Origin: Longimicrobiaceae bacterium
GTDB taxonomy: Bacteria > Gemmatimonadota > Gemmatimonadetes > Longimicrobiales > Longimicrobiaceae
NCBI GenBank assembly: GCA_045803205.1
Contig: JBJMPM010000225.1
Span: 1,148-65,147 of the forward strand
Length of the DNA: 64,000 nt
Direction of reading: 5' to 3'
Shown piece after piece: positions 28,085 through 36,166 of the stretch. Position 1 is the first letter of the stretch. Each line of letters opens with the position of its first letter. Both the position numbers and the translations under genes were made by a program. Below the pieces are notes generated by a model. The model saw only the letters and a program-made list of their open reading frames with translations. It did no database searches and had not been told where the DNA came from.

Positions 28085-29500
28085 CTAGTCCACGTACGTC
28101 TCGAAGAAGCCGGGGAGGCGCCCGATGACCCGGCCGCCCTCCTCCACCGTCGCGACGCCGCGCATCTGCACGAACCAGCGGCGGCGGGGGCGATGCTGGT
28201 CGGTGGCGTGCGCGGCGGAGACGTCCACGGTCACGCGGAAGCCGCGGCGGCGGTCCTGGAAGCGGAAGCGCCGCGGCACGCGGATCGACCCGCCCGGCAC
28301 CGCCCGCGGCCGCGTCTCCACGAAGTCGATCGCTCCCGGACGGTAGACGCCGCGCACCCCCCGCCCGTCCACCACGTAGGCGAAGGTCGCGTCCGTCCCC
28401 GCCGAGTCGCCGCGCACGGCGCCGTAGAGGAGGGAGACGGCGCTGTCCGAGGCCGATCCCCATTCCCAGCTCACGTCGCGCCACACGCCCCAGTTGTGGT
28501 CGTGGTACGCCTGCGCGCCCCGCACCGCCTCGCAGCGCGGCAGGCAGACGGTGCCGTCGGCCACGGCGTAGAGCGCGGGCGCCACGTAGCCGCTGATCAG
28601 CGTCGACCCACCTACGTCCGTCGGCGGGAAGTAGCGCCGCGCCGCCGGAACGACGCGCAGCCGCACCCGCGCGCCGCCCGCCGACGCGTCCACGTCGTAC
28701 CCGCCCCCGCGCTCGCGCACGCTCCCGAGCCCGCCGAGGGAGAGGTCGGGCGAGAGGGTGTCGAAGCGCACCCGGCCGCTGGCGACGGAGTCCGAGAGCG
28801 AGCGGTGCGCGCCGCCGGGCTCGCGCACGGTGAGCAGCACGCGCCCTCCCCAGCGGCCGGGGACGCCGACCTCGCCGCCGACGGCGAGGGTCAGGTAGAT
28901 CCAGCGGCCGTCGCCCAGCACCACGTTGAAGTAGTGCCACTCCGCCCAGGTGGAGTCGAGCGCCGCGCCGCGCGGCTGGTGGAAGTGGTCGATCTCGCGC
29001 AGCAGCTCGCCCTGCGAGGGCGCCGTCCAGCGGCGGTCGGCCTCGGAGTCCGTCCACCGCCCCGAGAGGAGCCCCGCGCCGGCGCCGGCCGCGCGGGCGC
29101 GCGAGGGGATCTCGCCCGTGGCGACCGCCTTGTAGCGCCGGCCGCCCGCGAAGAGCTCCACCTGCGCGCCGTCCACGATGGGGCTGGCGGCGGCGATCCC
29201 CTGCTCTTCCTCCGCCCGCGGCGACTCCAGCAGGTTGCGGTGGATGAAGCGCGCATGGTCGATCCCCAGAAAGAGCGCGCCGGTGCCGCCCGACCGCAGC
29301 ATCTCCGTGCTCACGCCGGCGGGAACCACGGTCAGGTCGCCGCCGCCCACGAGCTGCTTGTCGCGCGCTTGGCGCAGCATGGCCTCGCCCACGGCCAGGA
29401 GCACCACCATCACCGCCACGCCGAGCGCGTACCCGGCCAGCAGGAAGGCGGCGCGCCCGGGGCGGTTGCGGAGCTCGGCGGCGGCCAGGCGCAGGATCAT
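28085..29500 (-). CDS. Fusion: N-terminal half of a MacB/LolE permease + AttH/CrtC-like beta-barrel domain
   Basis: LRNRPGRAAFLLAGYALGVAV (TM1); TWAEWHYFN, AYHDHNWG, WEWG motifs. Confidence 0.78.
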   Translation of the reverse strand: MILRLAAAELRNRPGRAAFLLAGYALGVAVMVVLLAVGEAMLRQARDKQLVGGGDLTVVPAGVSTEMLRSGGTGALFLGIDHARFIHRNLLESPRAEEEQGIAAASPIVDGAQVELFAGGRRYKAVATGEIPSRARAAGAGAGLLSGRWTDSEADRRWTAPSQGELLREIDHFHQPRGAALDSTWAEWHYFNVVLGDGRWIYLTLAVGGEVGVPGRWGGRVLLTVREPGGAHRSLSDSVASGRVRFDTLSPDLSLGGLGSVRERGGGYDVDASAGGARVRLRVVPAARRYFPPTDVGGSTLISGYVAPALYAVADGTVCLPRCEAVRGAQAYHDHNWGVWRDVSWEWGSASDSAVSLLYGAVRGDSAGTDATFAYVVDGRGVRGVYRPGAIDFVETRPRAVPGGSIRVPRRFRFQDRRRGFRVTVDVSAAHATDQHRPRRRWFVQMRGVATVEEGGRVIGRLPGFFETYVD

Positions 29501-30237
29501 GATCCGCCCACGATCAGCCCGTCCGCCATCTCCACCACCCGCCGCGCGCTCCCGGCCACCCGGACGTCGTGGGTGACGATCACCATCGTGGTGCCGTCGC
29601 CGTTCAGCCGCTCGAAGAGGGCGATGATCTCGTCGCCGGTGCGGCGGTCCAGCTCGCCCGTGGGCTCGTCGGCGAAGAGGATCTCCGGGCGGTTCGCCAG
29701 CGCCCGGGCGATGGCCACGCGCTGCTGCTCGCCGCCGGAGAGGTGCGGCGGGCGGTGCCCCGCGCGCGCGCCGAGGCCCACGTACTCCAGCAGCTCGCGG
29801 GCGCGGCGGCGGCGCTCGTCCTTCGGCACCCCCGCCTCGGCCATCGGCAGCTCCACGTTCTCGGCCGCGGTGAGCACCGCCAGCAGGTGGAAGCGCTGGA
29901 AGATGAACCCCAGCCGCCGCAGCCGGAGCGCCGAGCGCGCCCCCTCGCCCAGCGCGTAGAGGTCCGTCCCCAGCAGCGCCACCCGCCCCGAGGTGGGCGC
30001 GTCGATGCCGGCCAGGATGTTCAGCAGCGAGCTCTTCCCGCACCCCGAGGGGCCGACGACCGCCACCAGCTCGCCGCGCGCCACGTCCAGCTCCACCCCG
30101 CGCAGCGCGTGCACGGAGTCGCCCTGGTAGGGATACTCGCGGGTGATCCCCCGCGCCTCGATCACGTTCCCGGTCGCCGCGGCTCTCTGCGCCTCCGCGT
30201 CTCTGCGTGAGACCCGTTCCTTTCCAGCGTCCGGCAT
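29497..30237 (-). CDS. ABC ATP-binding protein (LolD/MacB-type)
   Basis: GPSGCGKS, LSGGEQQRVAIARAL, ADEPTGELD, VTHD. Confidence 0.95.
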   Translation of the reverse strand: MPDAGKERVSRRDAEAQRAAATGNVIEARGITREYPYQGDSVHALRGVELDVARGELVAVVGPSGCGKSSLLNILAGIDAPTSGRVALLGTDLYALGEGARSALRLRRLGFIFQRFHLLAVLTAAENVELPMAEAGVPKDERRRRARELLEYVGLGARAGHRPPHLSGGEQQRVAIARALANRPEILFADEPTGELDRRTGDEIIALFERLNGDGTTMVIVTHDVRVAGSARRVVEMADGLIVGGS

Positions 30238-31415
30238 CACTCCGCCTCCTCGCGCAGCGCCTGCGCCAGCGGTGCGCGCACGGCGGCGAGGCCGGGGATG
30301 CAGCCGGCGGCCGCGCCGATCGCGATCACCAGCCCCAGCGCGAGCACCACGCGCCCCGGCTCCCAGGCGAAGAAGGAGATCCGCGCGGGGATGCCGGGGA
30401 AGGAGAGGAGGATGCGGTCCAGCCGCCCCGCCATCCACAGCCCCAGCGGCAGCCCGATCACGCACCCGAGCCCCGCCAGCGCCAGCCCCTCGGTGACGAC
30501 GGCCAGCAGCACGCGCCGCCTGCCCACCCCGATCGCCCGCAGCGTGGCGATCTCGCCGAAGCGCTCGCGCACCCCGATGGTGATGATGGTCGACACCAGC
30601 AGCGCCGTGACCACCATCGCCACGCTCCCCAGGATGGTCGCGAGCTGCTTGAAGTAGAGGAGCCGCTTGTCCATCTCCCCCATCAGCTCGCGGGTGGAGT
30701 ACGCCGACACCTCCGGCACCGCCGCGGCGATGCGGCGCGCCACCCCGGCGTCGTCCACCCCCTCCTCCGTCGCCACGCCGAAGAGGGAGACGTGGCCGGC
30801 GCGGCCGGTGGCGGCCTGCGCGTCGGCCAGCGTCATCGCCAGCGAGTGCTCGCCCGCGTAATCGTACAGGAAGTCGCCCACGCCGCTCACCCGGAAGCGC
30901 CGCGTGGCCCGCGCCCGCCCCAGCGTCACGTCCAGCTCCCCCGCCAGCGCCACCTCGTCCCCCGGCCGGAGCCCCAGGTCGCGCGCCATGGGAACGGAGA
31001 CGACCAGCTCCCCCGGCTCCGGCTGGCGCCCGCTGGTGAGCCGGTAGAGGAACTCCGCCGCGGGATCGATCCCCACGGTGAAGAGCGGCGGCCCCGCGCT
31101 GTCGCCGCGCACCACGCGGAAGCGCGCGCCCAGCACCGGCGCCACCGCGCGCACGCCGGGCACGGCCGCGATCCGCCGCGCCGCGCCGGCGCCGTCCTCG
31201 ATCGCCGCCTCGCTGTCGAAGGGGAGGATGCCCTTCGGGGTGATGCGGAGCGTGTAGCCGCTCACTCCCAGCAGCTCGCCGAAGCTCACCGTGAGCCCCG
31301 AGGCGAGCATGGTCATGTCCAGCAGCAGCGCGGCCGAGACGGCGATGCCGGAGAGCGCCAGCAGGGTACGCCCGCGGCGGCGGAAGAGCGACTTCAGGAA
31401 GGCGGATACGATCAC
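30237..31415 (-). CDS. Full-length MacB/FtsX-like ABC permease
   Basis: RRRGRTLLALSGI; RERFGEIATLRAIG; 1+3 TM layout; GTGA overlap with the upstream gene. Confidence 0.92.
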   Translation of the reverse strand: MIVSAFLKSLFRRRGRTLLALSGIAVSAALLLDMTMLASGLTVSFGELLGVSGYTLRITPKGILPFDSEAAIEDGAGAARRIAAVPGVRAVAPVLGARFRVVRGDSAGPPLFTVGIDPAAEFLYRLTSGRQPEPGELVVSVPMARDLGLRPGDEVALAGELDVTLGRARATRRFRVSGVGDFLYDYAGEHSLAMTLADAQAATGRAGHVSLFGVATEEGVDDAGVARRIAAAVPEVSAYSTRELMGEMDKRLLYFKQLATILGSVAMVVTALLVSTIITIGVRERFGEIATLRAIGVGRRRVLLAVVTEGLALAGLGCVIGLPLGLWMAGRLDRILLSFPGIPARISFFAWEPGRVVLALGLVIAIGAAAGCIPGLAAVRAPLAQALREEAE

Positions 31416-32227
31416 CGCTCCCCCAGCTTCTGCGGCGGCACCGCCACCACGCGCCACGCCGCCAGCACCCCCGCCCCCACCCCGAGCGCCAGCCCCAGCA
31501 GCGCCGCGAGGAGCACGATGCGCGGGGTGACCAGCGCGAAGCGGAGCGTGGTGTCGTAGACCCGTGCGTAGTGCGCGTTCACGATCCGCGCGGCCACCAG
31601 CCCCAGCCCAGCCCCCACCGCGCTCCCGACGATCGCGATGACGACGGCCTCGAGCATGATGGCGCGGAAGACGGTGGCGCGGCTCACCCCGATCAGCCGC
31701 AGCACGCCCATATCGCGGCGCCGCTCGTCCACGCGGATGATCATCACGCAGAGGAGGAAGATGGCGCTCGCCAGGATGGTGACGATCCCGATGGCGTCGT
31801 GGAAGCGCGAGATCACGCGGAAGGTGGCGCTGGTCTGGTCCGCCAGCGCCGCGCTCCCGTACGCGCGCGTGCCGAACGCCACCGCCTCCACCCACCGCGC
31901 CGCCGGGTCCGGCGCCGTGCCGCGCCGCAGCACCAGGGAGAAGCGGTCCACCCGGTCGGGCCGGCCGAGGAGCGCCTCCAGGTCCGGCAGGTGGAAGCGC
32001 AGCTCCATCTCGTTGCGCGAGATGCGGTTGGGGTCCGCCTCGCGCTCGAACACCCCGGCCACCACGAACGGGCGCGGCGCCTCGCGCCCGGCCAGCGTCC
32101 GCACGCGCACGGTGTCGCCTACCCCGAGCGCCACGCTCTCCGCCAGCCGCCGGTCCACCAGCACCTCCGGCAGAGGCGCGGCGATCGGTTGCTGAGCCAG
32201 CGTGAGCGCGAGCGTGAGGATGATCAT
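31412..32227 (-). CDS. C-terminal half FtsX-like permease (short signal-like N-terminus, no TM1)
   Basis: EVLVDRRLAESVALGVGD; DERRRDMGVLRLIG; three C-terminal TMs. Confidence 0.88.
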   Translation of the reverse strand: MIILTLALTLAQQPIAAPLPEVLVDRRLAESVALGVGDTVRVRTLAGREAPRPFVVAGVFEREADPNRISRNEMELRFHLPDLEALLGRPDRVDRFSLVLRRGTAPDPAARWVEAVAFGTRAYGSAALADQTSATFRVISRFHDAIGIVTILASAIFLLCVMIIRVDERRRDMGVLRLIGVSRATVFRAIMLEAVVIAIVGSAVGAGLGLVAARIVNAHYARVYDTTLRFALVTPRIVLLAALLGLALGVGAGVLAAWRVVAVPPQKLGER

Positions 32228-32296
32228 CCCTCCGAAGCTATCCTCTACAAACTCTCTACGTCCAGTCGGCTTCCCAACGCGGAGACGCGGGAGAGG

Positions 32297-32455
32297 TTTT
32301 GTGGCGCGATTCGACGACAGCGTGGCCAGATATCGCGTTTTGTGGCGTGACTACGATCTTATGGCCAGATACTTGTTTTTGTGGCGCGATTCTACGATCT
32401 TGTGGCGCGATTCACGGTTTTGTGGCGCGATTCTACGATCTTGTGGCGCGATTCT
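32297..32455 (+). repeat. Array of 8 imperfect direct repeats, ~20-bp period (core TTGTGGCGCGATTC / RTGGCCAGATA)
   Basis: (G/A)TGGC cores start at 32301, 32322, 32342, 32361, 32381, 32402, 32422, 32443. Confidence 0.9.
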
Positions 32456-32481
32456 CCACCCGCGTAAGCAACTGAACGAAG

Positions 32482-33939
32482 ATGCCCTCCCTCACGAACG
32501 CCGAGATCGCCCGCCAGCTCGCGGCCATCGACCGGCTGCTCCAGACGCATCCCGGGGGAATGTCGCTGCCGGAGATGATCGGCGAGTACGCCCGCGGCAC
32601 CGGCGAGCGGCTGGCGCGTCGGACCATGCTGCGCCGCCTGACGCAGCTCGTGGCGGAGGGGCGTGTCGGGATCGAGGGGTCTGCCCGCGCGACGCAGTAC
32701 CGGCCGCTGGGGGTCACCCTGAGCCCGGGGATCCCGCGGCCGGCGGAGCGAGTGGAGGCTGCCGATGCCGGGCCGAGCCAGGCGCCGGAACCCTCCGGAC
32801 GTCCCGAGCCGTACATCCCGCTCTCTGCCGAGGGAGAGGAAGTGCGCGCGCTGGTGCGCCGGCACATCTCGGCGCGGACGCCGGTGGGATACGACCCGGA
32901 GTTCCTGGAACGCTACGAGCCGGGGGTGACGTGGTACCTGCCCGAGGCGACCCGCGCGCGGCTGCACGAGCTGGGACGCACGGAAGTGGCGGAGCGCCCC
33001 GCCGGGACGTACGCGCGGCAGATCTACGAGCAGCTCCTGCTCGACCTCTCCTGGGCATCGAGCCGGCTGGAGGGGAACACCTACACGCGGCTCGACACCA
33101 AGGAGCTGCTGCGCTGGGGGCGCGAGCCCGAGGGGAAGGACATCGTCGAGACGCAGATGATCCTGAACCACCGCGCGGCCATCGAGCTGCTGGTGGAGCA
33201 GGCGGAGGACGTGGGGTTCAACCGCTGGACCTTCTTCGGCCTGCACGCCGCGCTCTCGGAGAACCTGGTGGGCGACCGCCGCAACGAGGGCGGGCTGCGC
33301 CGGCAGCTCGTGGGGATTGGCGGCACCACATACATGCCGCTCGGCATCCCGCAGAAGGTGGAGGAGCAGTTCGACCTGATCCTGGAGAAGGCGGGGCGGA
33401 TCCCCGATCCGTTCGAGCAGGCGTTCTTCGTGATGGTGCACCTGCCCTACCTGCAGCCGTTCATCGACGTGAACAAGCGTACGTCGCGCCTCGGTGCGAA
33501 CCTGCCGCTCATCAAGGCGAACCTCTGCCCGCTCTCGTTCGTCGATGTGCCCGAGGGTGCGTACGTCGACGGCACCCTCGGCGTCTACGAGCTGCGGCGC
33601 GTCGAGCTGCTCCGCGACGTGTTCGTCTGGGCCTACGAGCGCTCGTGCGCCCAGTACGCGGTGGTGCGCGAGGCGTTCGGCAAGCCCGACCCCTTCCGCC
33701 TCGCCTACCGCGAGCAGCTGCGCGTGGTGGTGCGCGACATGGTACAGCGGAAGGTGCTCCCCGACGCGTCGGAGCTGGAGGCGTGGGGCGCGGAGCGCGG
33801 GATCGGCCCTGACGACCTCCCGCGGTTCGTCGACGCCGCGCGCGCCGAGCTGCTGGACCTGCACGAGGGGTCGCTGCGGCGCTACCACCTGCTCCCCAGC
33901 GAGTTCGAGGCCTGGCAGCGGCAGATCCGCCAGGACTGA
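32482..33939 (+). CDS. Fic-family protein with N-terminal wHTH and a variant active site
   Basis: QPFIDVNKRTSR variant Fic motif; SSRLEGN inhibitory-helix motif; RRTMLRRLTQLVAEG..GSARATQY wHTH. Confidence 0.92.
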   Translation: MPSLTNAEIARQLAAIDRLLQTHPGGMSLPEMIGEYARGTGERLARRTMLRRLTQLVAEGRVGIEGSARATQYRPLGVTLSPGIPRPAERVEAADAGPSQAPEPSGRPEPYIPLSAEGEEVRALVRRHISARTPVGYDPEFLERYEPGVTWYLPEATRARLHELGRTEVAERPAGTYARQIYEQLLLDLSWASSRLEGNTYTRLDTKELLRWGREPEGKDIVETQMILNHRAAIELLVEQAEDVGFNRWTFFGLHAALSENLVGDRRNEGGLRRQLVGIGGTTYMPLGIPQKVEEQFDLILEKAGRIPDPFEQAFFVMVHLPYLQPFIDVNKRTSRLGANLPLIKANLCPLSFVDVPEGAYVDGTLGVYELRRVELLRDVFVWAYERSCAQYAVVREAFGKPDPFRLAYREQLRVVVRDMVQRKVLPDASELEAWGAERGIGPDDLPRFVDAARAELLDLHEGSLRRYHLLPSEFEAWQRQIRQD

Positions 33940-33945
33940 AAGCGT

Positions 33946-34013
33946 CACGCAGAGACACGGAGACGCAGAGAGGGCGCCGTGGCTCTCCCTGCGTCTCCGC
34001 GTCTCTGCGTGAG
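33946..34013. repeat. Family A palindromic repeat
   Basis: TCACGCAGAGACACGGAGACGCAGAGAG...CTGCGTCTCCGCGTCTCTGCGTGAGA. Confidence 0.85.
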
Positions 34014-34022
34014 AACTGCTGT

Positions 34023-34292
34023 TCAGACGGTAAGCTTCGCGCGCTCGACCAGGGAGGTGCTGTAGATCCGCGCCATGGCGGAGATGATGGCGCCGCGCTC
34101 GCCGCTGGAGAGCGCGGTGAGCGCCAGGCCGCGCACGTGGCTCATCTCGGCCGTGGCGAGGCCGGCCGCGCGCGCGTCTTCCACGGCGCGGACCACGCGG
34201 TCCAGCACCACGCGGCGGTCGGTCTCGGGGGGCTGCAGGGGACGCGTGGCCTCGGCCACCCGCGTCCAGAGGGCGGTCTCTGCGTGCTTCAT
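34023..34292 (-). CDS. Hypothetical helical protein (89 aa)
   Basis: Host-like codon usage; fills the gap and ends at a repeat. Confidence 0.6.
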   Translation of the reverse strand: MKHAETALWTRVAEATRPLQPPETDRRVVLDRVVRAVEDARAAGLATAEMSHVRGLALTALSSGERGAIISAMARIYSTSLVERAKLTV

Positions 34293-34435
34293 GGGATGAG
34301 CGGTACTGCTGACGAGTGGGGCTGGGCGTTTCGGAAAGGCCGGCTCGAAAGGGCGTGCGCGCCTGATCCCCCGGAGCCGGCCGAATGTTCCGCAAGCCGG
34401 CGTATCTCTTTGTCGCCGTTAGCGATGCGAACGCC

Positions 34436-35263
34436 TCAGAGGGTGTGGAAGCGGTCCTTGACCTCGTTCACCAGCTTCAGGTACTCCGGGCGCTGGCGGA
34501 TGTCGGGGTGCCAGCAGAGGTCGCGCGCCAGCAGGTCGATCTCCTCCACGATGCGCGCGCCGGGGACGATGTTCCCGGCCGGGTCGCGCTCGCGCCCCAT
34601 CAGCCAGATGGTGTCGGCCACCGCCACCGCCGCGCTCACGTCGTGGGTCACGATGATGATCGTGCTCTCCTCGTTCCCGGCGCTCACCTCCTGCACCAGC
34701 CTCTGCACGTTCTCCTGCTGGACCACGTCGAGCCCGCTGAAGGGCTCGTCCATCACCAGGTAGTGCTCGCTGCAGAGGAGCTGCTGGGCAATGGCGATGC
34801 GCTGGCGCTGCCCGCCGGAGAGCTGGATCGGGAACTTCTCCGCGTGCTCCGCCAGCCCGAAGCGCTCCAGGTAGCGCAGCGCCGCCGCCTTCGCGTCGGC
34901 CGCGCTCATCCCCGCCTGGCGCGCGGCGATGGTCAGGTTGCCGAGCACCGAGCGGTGCTCGAAGAGGATGTAGTTCTGCGCCACCACCCCCACCAGCCCG
35001 GGCTCCGCCGGCCGCCCCTCGGCGCCGATCTTCACCGTGCCCGTGTCGGGCTTGAGCAGCCCCGCCAGGATCTTGAAGAGCGTGGTCTTGCCGACGCCCG
35101 ACGGCCCCAGCAGCCCCACGATCTGCCCCTGGCTCATCCCGGGGCGCACCACGTCGCGGATCTGCGCGTTCACGTCGCGCAGCACCTGGACGCCGCCGCG
35201 GGTGATGCTCACCCCCTGGATGTCGAGGAGGACGCCCTTGCGCTCGAATGCGTGCGTGCTCAT
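34436..35263 (-). CDS. ABC ATP-binding protein (TauB/SsuB-like)
   Basis: GPSGVGKT, LSGGQRQRIAIA, MDEPFSGLD, VTHD. Confidence 0.95.
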   Translation of the reverse strand: MSTHAFERKGVLLDIQGVSITRGGVQVLRDVNAQIRDVVRPGMSQGQIVGLLGPSGVGKTTLFKILAGLLKPDTGTVKIGAEGRPAEPGLVGVVAQNYILFEHRSVLGNLTIAARQAGMSAADAKAAALRYLERFGLAEHAEKFPIQLSGGQRQRIAIAQQLLCSEHYLVMDEPFSGLDVVQQENVQRLVQEVSAGNEESTIIIVTHDVSAAVAVADTIWLMGRERDPAGNIVPGARIVEEIDLLARDLCWHPDIRQRPEYLKLVNEVKDRFHTL

Positions 35264-35274
35264 GGCCGCCCGCC

Positions 35275-36060
35275 TCAGCCGCGCGCGGTGGTGAGCGAGG
35301 CGAAGGGCACCAGCACGCCCTTGAGCCAGGCCAGGAACGCGTCCTGGAAGAAGCCGGCGACCAGGAACACCACCTGGATGGCGATGATCCCCGCCAGGTG
35401 GAAGTGCTTGTTCTGGTCGATCAGCAGCGCGCCGATCCCTCCCTCGCTGCGCGCGATCCCCTCCACCATGGTGAGCATCATCCACCCGATCGCGGCATTC
35501 TGCCGGATCGCGTCGAGGGCCAGGCCCATCTGCCCCAGGATCACCACCTCCCACACCACCCGCCAGTCGCCCATGCGCAGGGTGCGCGCGTGGTCCAGCT
35601 TCTCGGTGGGCACCGCCTGCACCACGTCCATCATCGAGGTGAGCAGGAAGGCCGAGATGCCGAAGACGAGCAGCGACAGCTTGAGCGGGTGCCCTCCGCC
35701 GAAGAGCATGGTGAAGACGAAGGTGAGCCCCACCAGGCTCAGGAAGCGCGCCTTGGTGAGCGCGCCGATGATCGGCCGGAGCGCGGGGACCACGCTCACG
35801 TACGCCAGCACCATCGAGAGCAGCGAGGCGATGACGAGCGCCTCGGCGAAGAGGGTGAGCGAGGTGAGCAGCTCGCCCAGCAGGCCGCCCTCGGAGACGA
35901 GCGTGCTCAGCGCCGCGAAGACCCGCGCCGGGGTGGGGAAGAAGCCGGGGCCCACCACCCAGAGGACCATCACCAGCACCGCCCAGGCGGCGGCCATGGC
36001 GACGTAGGTGGGGCGGGGGACCCACTGGTTGGGGCGGAGCGCGGGACCGAGTGCGGGCAT
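35275..36060 (-). CDS. ABC importer permease (TauC/SsuC-like)
   Basis: FPTPARV; EAA-like loop LDHARTLRMG; GWMMLTMVEG..GGIG. Confidence 0.9.
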   Translation of the reverse strand: MPALGPALRPNQWVPRPTYVAMAAAWAVLVMVLWVVGPGFFPTPARVFAALSTLVSEGGLLGELLTSLTLFAEALVIASLLSMVLAYVSVVPALRPIIGALTKARFLSLVGLTFVFTMLFGGGHPLKLSLLVFGISAFLLTSMMDVVQAVPTEKLDHARTLRMGDWRVVWEVVILGQMGLALDAIRQNAAIGWMMLTMVEGIARSEGGIGALLIDQNKHFHLAGIIAIQVVFLVAGFFQDAFLAWLKGVLVPFASLTTARG

Positions 36061-36166
36061 CGGGTCGTTCTGTCGGAGGATGCGACGGTCGCGATGGGGG
36101 ACGAAGCGCGCCGGAGCGCGGAGGACGGGGACGTCCTCCGCGCTCCGGCGCGTGCCGGGCCGGTGC

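Noticed and set aside
32297-32455. Possible CRISPR or mini-array
   Set aside because: ~20-bp period, no unique 25-40 nt spacers and no cas genes; kept as a direct-repeat array.
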